This document shows positions 13,101-24,589 of a stretch of 64,000 nt of DNA, in pieces. Source of the DNA: Azolla caroliniana. Its lineage: Eukaryota; Plantae; Polypodiophyta. Every line of letters starts with the position of its first letter. Position 1 is the stretch's first letter. The translations under genes and the position numbers were made by a program. The notes beneath the pieces were generated by a model that saw nothing but the letters and a program-made list of their open reading frames with translations, was not told the DNA's origin and did no database searches. The stretch is taken from the NCBI GenBank assembly GCA_043228905.1, contig JBHGNT010000017.1, forward strand, positions 15,624,001 to 15,688,000, written 5' to 3'.

Positions 13101-14242
13101 TCGACATAACCGGGTCGCTCCGGCTCTCGAAGTTCGAGAAACCATTCTTTATGAGATGTCATATGGTTTGAGGCTCCGGAGTCAACAAACCATAAGTCCT
13201 CCGGATAGAGGGCACTAGTTGAGGTAGAGGCCGACATAGAGTTTGCTCTATGTTTCATCATGAACATTCCGCCACGGTCGGAGTTGTGTGCATACATTCC
13301 GCCACGATCTTCGTAGTCGGAGTTGTACTCGTACATTCCGTTATACTCTTCGTAGTCGGAATTGTGCGTGTAATTCGTGAGTTGTTGGCTTGTGGAAGCC
13401 GATTCGCGCATCTTCTTTCGGCACTCCTCTTCGTGGTGGCCGAGCTTTCCGCAATATCCACATTTGGTTGCGTTTTGATGGGTTGGGCCAGAGTGGAAGC
13501 TTCCCCTTCTTACAAAGGTTCCTCTTTGGCTTCCGTTTTGCGGCCGAAATTGGAAGTTGTTGTCGTAGGTCGGACCTCATCCACCTTGTCCTTGGCCGAA
13601 TCGGCCTCTCGCTCGTCTGCATCCTCTTCCTCCATTCGAGTGCGTGTAGAGCATGTGGCCTTCCGACTCATTGCTCCTTGTACGCACGTGGTTTTCTTCG
13701 ACCAATAGCATTGATTGGAGCTCGAAGAAGGAGGCAGATTTCTTCCTTGCTACAACGGCGGTTCGCATTGTGATGAACCGTGGTGCGAGGCCGCCGAGGC
13801 ATATTTGCACCATCTCATCATCATCAATATTTACGCTTATCGAGCCGAGTGAGTCGCAAAGCTCCTTGATCTTCAAGGTGTATGTCGTGATGGACATGTC
13901 CCTTTGTTGAGTGTTGTTCAACTCTTGGCGGAGTTGAAGCCTTCTTGCGGTTGTGTTCACCGCGAAAATCTTTCGTAGATTTTCCCCTGCCTCCTTCGGC
14001 GTCTTGGCTTCGCGAATGTAGCCGAGCATGTGATCGTGAACACATGTCGCCAGGCAATACATCACGCGGCTTGTGGCTTGCTCCCATGTCGCATATCCGG
14101 GAGCCGTTTCGACGGGTCAGTCTTCGTGCGCTCCTTTGATGTAGCTCCAATAGCCTTGTCCGATAAGGTATTGGTGCATCTTCTACTCCCAAGATGTGAA
14201 GTTGTTTCGATCCAACTTCTCAGTAGGGAGAGCGCTCCCCAT
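10143..14242 (-). pseudogene. Copia B gag-pol (frameshifted, with stops)
   Basis: Starts MGSALPTEKLDRNNF at 14242; PR WFVDSGASNHM; INT HSDVWGP...QQNGVAERKNR; RT LYVDDL; RH SSKKQPTVALSSTEAEY. Confidence 0.92.
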
Positions 14243-14395
14243 TTGAGTATTCATTATGTCGATTCTTCTTCTTCTCTCTTCGAATGTGAGCTATGTAGCG
14301 AAGCTATGATAGCAATGAGCCGGTTCTTGGTCGTCGGCGTAGGACACAGCGCACGCGAATGGGCTAGATCGAGCTACCAAGTCGTTCTAATACCA

Positions 14396-14790
14396 TGTAA
14401 AGAATCAAGAGATGGATTCTGTGCAGCAGAATAGATATGAGTTTTGTGTGTGTGTGAGAGAGAGTGTGTGAGAGAGAGAGAGAGACAAGGAGTAAGACAC
14501 AGAGAATACACAAGGTAAAGTATATTAACAAAGGAGAAAGACTCAACGTTATACAAGGTGGGAGGAGGGTGCTTTATATAGTCACCCTCTCTCTTCATTA
14601 ACTACAAGGCTCATGGAGCATGGGGAATGTGAAAGCTCATAAGTTATGTGTCATAGAATATGATTCTATGACTCATACTAAATGCTAGAATACAAAGTGG
14701 TGACATAATGGTGACTCTTGACCGTTGGAATGTCTATTCACTCTCAAGGTGAGTTCACACACTAGACCTACTTGAGCTTGATTCTCAACA
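14396..14790 (-). repeat. 5' LTR of Copia B (395 bp)
   Basis: Direct repeat of 3444-3833; followed on - strand by decayed PBS. Confidence 0.95.
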
Positions 14791-15586
14791 GCTCGAGGAT
14801 ACCCATCTCGATCTTTTCCTTGAGTAGCTCAATCAACTTCGGGATGTGAGCTCTCGGAACCGGGATTAGTTTGATGTTCCAAGGTACATGCGGTACCGTA
14901 AAGATCACCATTGGCTCCACGATCTTAGGCTTTACGCACCCTATCTCACCCGACGAGAAGGCGAAACCCCTTCCGTGGCTTTCGATCATCCTTCTAAATC
15001 TTTCCTCCTCCCTGGGCAATAGGAAGCCACCCCCACCAATCCGGAGCTTCTATCATGTCTCGTCAGTGAATTGGTGCCCAATGCCTCGTGGGTCCCGCAA
15101 GCTAGGATCAGCTGCTACCCCCTTTATTTGATCCCAACTATCGTTAGGCAATGGGACAGCCACAGGCTTCACCTTCTTGTCCATAGTCTTGTACTTCGTT
15201 TGCACCTCGACCATCCTCGCTTCCTCGATCAACCGCCCAAGCTCTTCGATGGCGGTGTACCTATCAATTGAGTTGATTGGAATTACCTTGTCTTCATTGA
15301 GGCCCAAAGCGACTATCCTCTCCATCTCTCCGAGAGTGTCGTCGAACGAGACTGCCTCTATGGTGCTGCTTATGGTGTCATCTTCCCCTAATAAATTACA
15401 TTGTTTGAGATACCTTTCATATCTCTTAGCCCTAAGCTTATCTCTATCACTTAAACTAGTAATTTTACAAGCTCCATTTTTGGAGAACCAAAATTGTTTC
15501 CTATTACATTTAATAGTTTTGCAAGGGTTTAGGGTCTTAGTTTGCCTTGGGCTATTGTGGCCCCACTCTTTAATAGCCCGCATCAA
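14791..15586 (-). pseudogene. Gypsy pol N-terminal part (linker plus start of RT), -1 frame relative to gag-PR
   Basis: ORF 15053-15586 (..TKYKTMDKKVKPVAVPLP..) and 14768-15019 (PMVIFTVPHVPW...EMGILE) join the RT beyond the Copia B insertion. Confidence 0.85.
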
Positions 15587-15592
15587 AAATCC
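15549..15592 (-). promoter_or_regulatory. Putative -1 programmed ribosomal frameshift signal (GGATTTT, 6-nt spacer, hairpin)
   Basis: G GAT TTT in gag-PR phase (15592-15586), then TGA; stem GGGCTATT (15579-15572) pairs with AATAGCCC (15556-15549); -1 frame is open into pol. Confidence 0.7.
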
Positions 15593-17706
15593 TCTCGGCT
15601 CTTCGCTTTGAAGGATGCTCGATTGCGCTCATGGTTGGGCCTCACCATAAGGAATTGGACCGAATGCTTCCCATCTTGGCTCTTGACCCTTGCATATGCC
15701 GACCTATTGTCTAGCACCTTCGTCTCCATGCGAGCCTCTGTGATGTATGGTTCACCCAAGATGACCAAGTGCAAGGACGTCTCTTGAACGAAGAAATGTT
15801 GATCTATTTCTACATCCCCCACCTTCACCCATACATTCAGGCAAGCCCCGTATAGCTCCTCGGTTGCTCGGGTTGCTGCTATAATCTTCCACCCGTGCTT
15901 CGTGTTGATCAGCCACTTTTCCTTTTTATAAAAGTCCATGGACATAAGGTTGATCTTAGAGCCATGGTCGATCAATGCTACAACCGGCTCTTTTACATCT
16001 TCGACCCGTACCGGTGTCTCCGTTGTCGCTCTCGCCCAATGCGGCCTCGTGTAGTGACTATCCACATAATCTTCATCTTCCTCAGGCACCTCAGTTGACA
16101 ATCCATTTACAATCACGGGTTTTCCCACTTCTTGCTCCGTCAAGAGTTGCTTCCTTTTCATTAGGTTGATGATGACCTCGTGGAATTCTTTCTTGGCAAT
16201 TCCGATGACCTCTCGTAGAGTAAACTCTACGTGACTATCAAGGATCCTTTCCTCCACTACCTTCTTCAATTCCGTTGCTTGTTTCATCTCCTTGAAGTTG
16301 GGGGGGTTCCCCTTCTCTTTCCATCTTTCATCGCGTGCTTGAGACTAGTTCGGCTCTTCCCTTCTTCGTGCACCTCGAGCATCGTATTTCCTTGATGGAC
16401 CGACTCCCTCGTCATTTCCTACCTTCTTCTCTTCTACCATTACTTCGTAGTTTTGGCAAGCGGCTTCCACTAAGCCCGTCTTTTCTTCCACCGGATCCTT
16501 CCACCCGGTTGCTTCTTGGACCCTTCTTTCCACTTCATCCGCTTCTTCTCTTTTGAACTTTCCCCTAGAGAGGCTTCCAAGGATTGACAGCCAAAAGTCA
16601 AACTCTTTCACCTCTTTCGCCACTTGGATCCCAGCCGATGCCGAGTAGTGGACGGCTTCAACATGTCGTGCTTCGGCCTCCTCCATTAGCCTTCTCATGC
16701 CCCCTCGGCCTTGATTCAATCCCAAGGGGTGCCTTGTCTCCATCGAATAGACCCTATTGTTCTAAAGATAGACAATATTCCTTCTTAGGGCCTCTTGAAA
16801 GTCTCCACACTCCCTTTGTAGGTGGTCGGGATTGTCGCACCACATACATCTTTGCGCAAACAAGGGACGTCGATATTGAGGGCTGCCACTCTCTCTCCTA
16901 GCTTGTGCTATTTGGAGATCTCGCACCATCTTTGTAAGCTCGTCTATTGCCGACCCTCCAGACAGTGCTTCAACCACATTTCTCTCGGGGACGAACCTTG
17001 CATTTGCTTGCTCTCTTTCTTGAGGTGCTCTACCACCCCTAGGTTCATGTGTCTCACTAATGGAGCATGTGGATGTTTGGTCACTCAACGGAGACCTATC
17101 GTTCCATTCCCTTCTCTTATCGAAGCAACTACAAACCTGTTTTACCATAGCCCAATCCGTCGTGAGTCCATCATTAGTTTCAAGGAGCCCCACCTTCTCT
17201 TGGTCCCATGCATCAATAGCTTTTATGAATAGTAGGACCTTGCTTGTGTCAAGCACCGTCCTATCAAGAGCCGAGAGTCACGCAAAGCACGTCTCAAATT
17301 CTTGTAAAAGTGCCATAGTATTTCTCCCCTTGTCAGGAAGCTCAACCCACCCGATTAGATCCCTTTTCGAAATTCTGAGTGAGTCATCAAGGTCGTACTT
17401 CTCGAGGAGTCTTTCTTTGAATGCCTCCCAATTGCAACAGCCCTCTTGGATCTCAAGTACATCTACGTGGATACTCGGCATTACCACTCTAGCGAATCCG
17501 GTTAGCCGCCTATCTTAAGGGATGTTTCACATAAGCATTTCAGCCTTATAAGCATCCAAGTAGCTCGTGGTATCTCTTCCGTTGAACCGACCCGTTGTGC
17601 TGACCACCGTCTATATGGCCTGATCCAAGCCGATGATGCCTTCTCGGGCATTTACCAAGAGGTCCACCGCCGCCGCCATCGCTTTAGCGAGTTTTCCTCC
17701 TCACAT
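15583..17706 (-). pseudogene. Gypsy gag plus aspartic protease
   Basis: Gag fragments (GRFNGRDTTSYL), zinc knuckle CMWCDNPDHLQREC, protease ALIDHGSKINLM...ILGEPY, ending REDF*. Confidence 0.85.
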
Positions 17707-17728
17707 CTTGGATCTCCCTTACCGCCCT

Positions 17729-17746
17729 TTCACATTGGGATCACCA
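17729..17746 (-). promoter_or_regulatory. Primer-binding site, tRNA-Trp-like
   Basis: TGGTGATCCCAATGTGAA 3 nt inside the LTR end; 15/18 match to the complement of the plant tRNA-Trp 3' end as recalled (TGGTGAACCCGACGTGAA). Confidence 0.7.
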
Positions 17747-17944
17747 ATTTGTGTCACGAAGTTTCACGCGTGTGTGTTACTTGGGTGGAACCACGAGGGT
17801 CTTGGACTAGGGAGTATGAAGGGATAGAGAAGACCCAAGGTTTGCTTAACGACAATACTACTTCCTAACCCCTTCCCGAGCAAGGGCTCGTTGCCCCTTT
17901 TGTGGGGCCAGTGGCTTTCGTTGATCACGACTCGACGAGTTTTC

Positions 17945-19105
17945 GTACATCTTTATGAGGAGGAGAGGTGCATGGGCATGCCCAAACACTCCCTTGTCAC
18001 AAGACGTCAAACGTACAAGGAAGACACAAAACACACGCACAAATGCTCATATGCCTTTATGAGGAGGAGAGGTGCATGGGCAAGCCCGAACGCTCCCTCG
18101 TCACAAGACGACCGAACAAGGAATACACAAACACACGCACAAATGCTCGTACGCCTTTATGAGGAGGAGAGGTGCATGGGCACGCCCAAAACGCTCCCTT
18201 GTCACAAGACGACCAAACGTACAAGGAAGATACAAACACACACACAAATGCTCGTACACCTTTATGAGGAGGAGAGGTGTGTTACGGGCATGACCATATA
18301 ATATCCCATGGTGAGAATTTACCGTAGTATTCTATACACATGGATAAGTGTGAGGGTTAAACGAGAGTGTAAAGAAGGGGAGGATTACTTTTAATCCTCG
18401 GGATTGAGACAACCCATTAGGCCAAGTGCGAACTGGCCTGGGGGCCTTAGGTATCGCTATAAATAAGAGGCCTAGCTACCCTCATTTCATCATCTTTTGA
18501 CTCCATCAAGACTCTGTTCTTGTGGTGGGTCAACTATTGTAGCGAGCGCGCCAGCACCAGGTACAACTCAACACCATGGCGGTGGTATGGGACGTCGATC
18601 GAGGCTCGAGTCTGTCTCGATCCCTTCGCTCAGGGGTGGTCGGGTGGATCGGCACCCTTCTTTCTCTCTCTCCTTTCTATCTAGATCTATCTTTTATCCT
18701 TATTTTATGCTTACATTAGTTCATGTCTCTAACAAGGTGCATGGGCACGCCCGAAACGCTCCCTCGTCACAAGACGACCGAACGTACAAGGAAGACACAA
18801 ACACACGCACAAATGCTTGTACGCATTTATGAGGAGGAGAGGTGAATGGGCACACCTGAAACGTTCCTTCATCACAAAACGTCTGAACGTACAAGGAAGA
18901 CACAAACACACGCACAAATGCTCGTACGCTTTTATGGGGAGGAGAGGTGCATGGGCACGCCCAAAACGCTCCCTCATCACAAAAAGGTCGAACGTACAAG
19001 GAAGACACAAACACATGCACAAATGCTCGTACACCTTTATGAGGAGAAGATGTGCATGGGCACGCCCGAAACGCTCCCTCGTCACAAGACGGTTGAACGT
19101 ACAAA
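17945..19105. repeat. About 105-bp tandem repeat array (about 7 units) inside the Gypsy LTR
   Basis: TTTATG(A/G)GG anchor at 17952, 18056, 18156, 18261, 18826, 18931, 19036; interrupted by the solo LTR. Confidence 0.92.
18280..18734 (+). mobile_element. Solo LTR (455 bp) inserted in the 105-bp array
   Basis: TGTTA...TAACA termini, perfect TSD AGGTG (18275-18279/18735-18739), internal TATAAATA. Confidence 0.9.
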
Positions 19106-20222
19106 GGGACGAGAACAAAGAAAGAAAGAAAAACACGAATGATATTGGCTAAAGAAATAAATATGTGTTCGATTCCAACGCAAGAGGGCCCTTTATAAAA
19201 TAGGGTTTTATTACAATGTGGCAATTTCTAGTTAACCACAAGCTCAACAAAACATAAATACTAAATGCCCTTAGAGACAAAAGCAAATCCGAACACGGAG
19301 CACGAACATGAAGAAGACGACCACACAAGCACCACAAAAATGCCGACCCCAACGAACCACGACCACCCGAATAGCGGCGAGCACACGGGCTCGCAATGCC
19401 GAACCAACGAGGCTCGGGCTCAAGAGCACCGTAAACGAGCACTTCGAGTGCCAACGCGAAGAAGATGAGCACGTGGCGATGAGGGGATGAAGGGGTATGA
19501 GATGAAGAGAAATGGTGAAGATGAAGATGAAGAGCTCCGAAGGAAAAATGGCGATAGTCTTCTCCACCCAAAACGTCCTCCCAAATGAGCCCCCCTCGAC
19601 CTCCTTTTATAAGAAAAAAATGAAGGGGGGTCGCCACATTCGTCTTTAATGCAAAAGGAATGAAATTCATTAAATCACGCCACATTGTAAGACTATATTT
19701 GAACCATGCACCTTTAGGTAGAAGTCAATATATCTATCCATTAGCCCAGTAACTCTTTATTATAAATATATAATTCTATATCTAGAAATTCATAGTATGT
19801 CTCCTCTCTACTTTTTATCTCTCCTCTCTCTTACGTTTTACACGAGTTTCTATAGCTCCTTTCCACCCTTCCTTTTCCCTTTTCTTTTGTATGTGCACAA
19901 TTAATTGTCTTTATGTGCACACACATTGCACATGCACATTTTGATCCCCCCTTTCGCCGGTTTTTCCCACACTCGAGCACACCACATCACGACACTGGCA
20001 GTTTGACACACCGATCACAAACTGTACAACAATGTTTTTTTAAAGTAGTCATGTGACCAATCATCAAACATGTTCCAATAACAAGCCTTGTTTTTTCCTA
20101 TACAATAGTGCAACTATTATGCGTAAAAAAAATTTGATTGGTTTTCATCTCATTGCAAAATAGATGTGAGATTTCTGGAAGAATGGGTACATGGCAAATA
20201 CCCTAACAACATCATTTGTCAA

Positions 20223-20663
20223 TGTTAAGAATTAGGTAGTTAATGAAGGGTTAATTAGTACCTAATTATGTGACTAAGCTAAGAGAAAAATTTAGTGATA
20301 TGTGTATGTATGTGTGTGAGAGGAAGAGAGAGAGAGGAAGTTACACTTATGAGCAACACAAGATGGGGGATGATTAACTCTATATTAAATTAGCATCATC
20401 ATCATCAAATACAAAAATACCCACAATGAGGTATATATACATCTAATGTGCAAAGGTGCACATGTGTGCGTAGAATATAGGTACTACGGTGTAAGTCCTA
20501 TATTAAATGTACTTCGGAGTGGAGGATCTAGAATATCCCACTTAAGTACAAGGTTCTATTTAAGGTGGTATAGGCAACACTCCTAACTAGATTCTATCTA
20601 GGTAACTACAAAGTTACATGGTTGACTAAATAACTAAACTAAGTTGAGCTTGATCTCTCAATA
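20223..20663 (-). mobile_element. Solo LTR (441 bp), related to Copia B LTR termini
   Basis: Ends resemble element B LTR (TGTTAAGAAT...AAGTTGAGCTTGATCTCTCAATA); perfect TSD GTCAA (20218-20222/20664-20668). Confidence 0.85.
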
Positions 20664-20789
20664 GTCAAATATACATTAACATCTCAACTACTCTAGTGTT
20701 AAGTTCATAACCCATGAATATTTTCCTAAGTTTTTCTCAAACAAACCATTATTTCCATACTAATTATTTGAGCATTCAAACATAATAAA

Positions 20790-20990
20790 TCGCACATCAC
20801 TTTCAGAGGTCAAGAATGTTCCAGTCAATGCATATTCCACTATTATATCCGAAATCAATATCACACATCACTTTGAGAGGTCAAGAATGTTCAAGTCAAT
20901 GTATTTTCCTAAATTGTATCAAGAATCAATCAATCACACATCACTTTGAGAGATCAAGGATGTTATAGTCAATGCATTTTCCTCAATTAT
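20790..20990. repeat. About 72-bp tandem repeat, about 3 copies
   Basis: CACATCACTTT..GAG.TCAAG.ATGTT..AGTCAATG recurs at about 20790, 20861 and 20934. Confidence 0.85.
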
Positions 20991-21199
20991 TGCACAATCT
21001 TAATTGTAACCCATTTCTAATATAGAATTGTTTATTCCAACAGTCACGTATATTATGTCTTTTCTTTTCTTTTTTTCCAAAAAAAATCTACTTCCATTAG
21101 TTAAGAAAAAGTACATATGATAATATACAACTCATACGTTACAAGCCACTTTGCATGGCTACAAGAAAACAACATGTATAAATGAAGCAACAAAGCCTC

Positions 21200-22010
21200 A
21201 ACACAAAATTACTCAACAGAATCCCCACAACATGAGCCACTATACCAACCAATAATTTGATGTTGTGGTTTACTTTATGTAATTCAAAAGCTATGTTGTT
21301 CCAATGCCGCCTTTTGATTTTGATATTCTTCATCCTCTTCCTCTATCATAATGTGCGCCTCTTATTCTTGTGTTATTCCATTAAGTTTGGTTTGCAACAA
21401 TTGTGATTGTTCTAGTTGTGTGTTTGCCATCTACCTCCTCTTCATCTTTGGCCTCTACTATGATTAGCATAGAATACACGATCTTTGTTTCAATCATCAT
21501 TGATACTCAACTTTTGTACATTTTGTTTTCTTGTAATAACTTGGGCACAAGATCCATAAAAGATAATTCCAATCACATAAATGTTTTAAATGTAAAGAAT
21601 TCTGAAGGCAATCCCTTTATACAATTTCTTCCTAAAAGATCGTCATCAACATAAAGATCACCAACAATTTTTCTAAGCTAATCTATGATCAATATACCGT
21701 TTTACATTTTTATAATTTGTAATTGTTCCTTTAGTTGCCCCTTCCACACTTGAGACATATGCAAACATTCATGGCAATGTATACCACATCTTCTTAGTTG
21801 TTTTGCAATTGTTAACATCTGAAGGATTAATGGAGATGATAATGTATTTGAGATCTTTAACATCACCTCAAATTTTGTTTTTGCGTTCCTTTTGTTGATT
21901 CTTTGTTTAGGCTCCTTGTTCAATCTTTAATTTTGCATGAGATTCTAAAATTGCACCACCCTACTCAACAATATTCCAAAGCTTTTGAGCTTCCAAATAT
22001 AGCAAAGGGA
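21200..22010 (-). pseudogene. Highly decayed Copia-type gag remnant
   Basis: Broken frames read YLEAQKLWNIVE...KRNAKTKFEVML...KGLPSEFFTFKTF...SFMDLVPKLLQE, a UBN2-type gag pattern; boundaries approximate. Confidence 0.5.
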
Positions 22011-24132
22011 CATGTCACATGATACTTTATAAGAAGTGAAAAAATTGAATACAAGCTCTTACATTGTTTTGTTTATTTGATATAACTTTTTATACAAATG
22101 TAAAAGCACGCATAGAGCTACACATAACAACTTCAAAAATAGTGGGTAGCCCTCTTACCTCTATCCATGTCATAACTTTACTTGGATGTCATTACACATA
22201 GATTAAGTAGCTTATTACATATATAATACTTTGATAATGCATACTATCATATTACATGCTATGTGCTTGAAATTGTTAGTTGAAGTTCTCATAAGCTCCA
22301 AAGGCAAGCTTTGCTCACCTTGGGGAAGACTAAAAGAGTCGAGAAGCGAGACATTGTGGGAATCATAAGAGTAAGGTATTCGTGTTTCTAGCTTTTAGTT
22401 CACTTTCTTTTTAATGGGGGGGATGATTTTTTTTTCAATCACCCATTCATAATCATCTATATGGCGATTAACTTGCTAATGATTCGTTTAAGTTTTTATT
22501 TTCTAATTATTCTCACCTTTGTCATTTTTTATTTCTAATTTTTGCCTTAATTTTCTTTAACATTTTTTGTTTCTTTTTTCTCGCATTTGAGTTTATCATC
22601 CCCACAAACCAAGGGAGATAAAATATTGTCAAGAGGAATTAAATTCCTTAAAAGATTTAAGGAATAAAGGCCATAGAATATATATATATATATATATGGT
22701 CCTATGAACTAGCAAAAGATGGAAGGTATTATGAAGCCATCAAGCCATTACCACATAAATAGGAGTTGTCATATTATGATGTTTTGTTATAATGGCTCCA
22801 AATAAGTGTTGTGGTTCATAATCCCAAGGCTTTGAGAAACTTGTCTTTTTCACACCATATCACAACAGGGTGGGTAGACAGTGGACACACCATCATGGGG
22901 TGAACCCACAATAGTTTGATCTCAATAGCGCTCAACAATCCTAGATCGTTGTCATTCTTTGTAAGAGATTGTTGGAAGCAATTTAGGATTAAATGGAATT
23001 ATGTGAAGGCCTCTCTCTCAAACCCATTGGAGAATGACACAAACTTGCAACAATACGTAAGTGACGTGGGATTGGGCCAGGTTGTGGTATGGTTTGACCC
23101 TGTTGTCATGTCCAAACAAAAGATATGGGTTATTAGTTTATTGGTAGAGGTTGTATCACTATAGTCATCATACATACACCGTCTTTGGGTGCTACATGGT
23201 GAGTAACTCCTTCATGGTTGCCAAGTGTTATCAACCCTTCTGGAGTTAATGTTGTTGGTTTCTGTTTGTGTATGCTCACTTGCTCCGATCTCAAAATCTT
23301 GTAAAGATGACGACTACAAGGCAACTACAACTAGTCTAACTGAAATCTATACCCTAGTAATGGTATATCTAGAAGCAAAGTAAGTGGCTCTTGAGTGGCT
23401 CTTTATATGAAGGTTTTGTACACACCTCTTACATGTGATTCTCAACTCGTTGCCATGTAACTAGATCCTCACTATAATGGCATGAACCTATGTAGTGTCT
23501 TGTTTAAGCATCAAATGTGAACCTAGTTTAAGGTTATATGGAATACATATAAGGGAGTTAATGGAAATGCATGTATCGTTAAATGAGCATATACAATGAA
23601 TGTAAAGGACCGGAATTCACAAATATCAAATTCATATTACTTGGGTTTATACCTATAAATATCATGACGAATATAAAACCTTATTGTTTTCAATTTTGAG
23701 TAATGTGTAATCAGAACTAATGGGCATCTTCATTGAGATTGTTTTTTATTGTGCCATATCTCACCCTTTTATGGAGCGGTAAGATTTATATGCTTAATTC
23801 AAAAGCATTGGCACGAATTTCTGTGTATGAGGAGCTGTTGTGTTTCATTATTCATAACTAATCATTGTGAATTGAACAACATGAAACGGGATTTCACATT
23901 TTATTTAGTTTAAAGTGTTGCAATGGCAATTTTCACTAGTGTCAAATCCACCATTTTTATTATTGTTGTATTTCATCACTTAAATATGTTTGAAGTGGAG
24001 AATTGTTTTAACCAATCCATTCACATTTTTAAAACACTAGCAAGAAACGATATGCAACACCCCCCCCCCCCCCCCCTTCTCATCACTTTTACATGCATTA
24101 TCTCTCCGCTCTTGATATAAACATTAAACCAA

Positions 24133-24168
<36 letters not shown>

Positions 24169-24589
24169 TGTTTTCTATGAAGGGTATTCGTATAGGCACA
24201 ATATGGGGGAATAAATTAGGGTTTCATTTGCTTCTACATTGATCAATTTAGACAATGAAGACATGAGTCCATATCAAAACACACATGTTACAAAGGCCAA
24301 TCACTTGTTCTAACAAGTGTGGTTTATATTATAATTGAAACATCAACCGATATTCAATATCCATAATCGTGGGAAGATGTGTTATTGTATGTTTGTGTGT
24401 GTTCTACAAAACATTGCCGAAGAAGCTTACTGACATTTTATGGTATTCTTTAGCCCAACTTATTGTTATATTATTAGTTACTTCACATGAAAATTAAAAC
24501 ATCTCCATTGCAGAGATTAAAACTTTTTGTTAGTCTTTTGTATATTTGTTTCATCATTATTTATTTATCCAAAAATTGTTTCATCATTT

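Larger units (their letters stand above)
3444..14790 (-). mobile_element. Ty1/Copia LTR retrotransposon (element B), full length but decayed, nested in Gypsy pol
   Basis: LTRs 3444-3833 and 14396-14790; TSD GCTCA (3439-3443)/GCTCG (14791-14795); decayed Met-i PBS TGGTATTAGAAC (14395-14384); PPT next to 3834; gag-PR-INT-RT-RH order. Confidence 0.95.
1077..19684 (-). mobile_element. Degenerate non-chromovirus Ty3/Gypsy retrotransposon (possibly Phygy-like); host of nested insertions
   Basis: Minus-strand order LTR-PBS-gag-PR-RT-RNaseH-INT; the pol frame ...MGILE|PSRTPYSNWW is split by the Copia at 3444-14790; 3' end cut by element A. Confidence 0.9.
17750..19684 (-). repeat. 5' LTR of the Gypsy element (about 1.9 kb including the inserted solo LTR)
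   Basis: Minus-strand termini TGTGGCGTGA...TCGTGACACA form an imperfect inverted repeat; abuts the PBS; partner LTR is not in the window. Confidence 0.7.

Noticed and set aside
17945-19105. CRISPR-like regular repeat array
   Set aside because: Whole 105-bp units are repeated with no unique spacers and no cas genes; it is a tandem repeat in a eukaryotic LTR
17858-19224. Multiple ORFs on both strands
   Set aside because: Products of the 105-bp (multiple of 3) repeat; repetitive peptides with no domain
22730-23340. Possible decayed coding or TE fragment
   Set aside because: No motif I can recognise in the frames examined, so it is left unannotated
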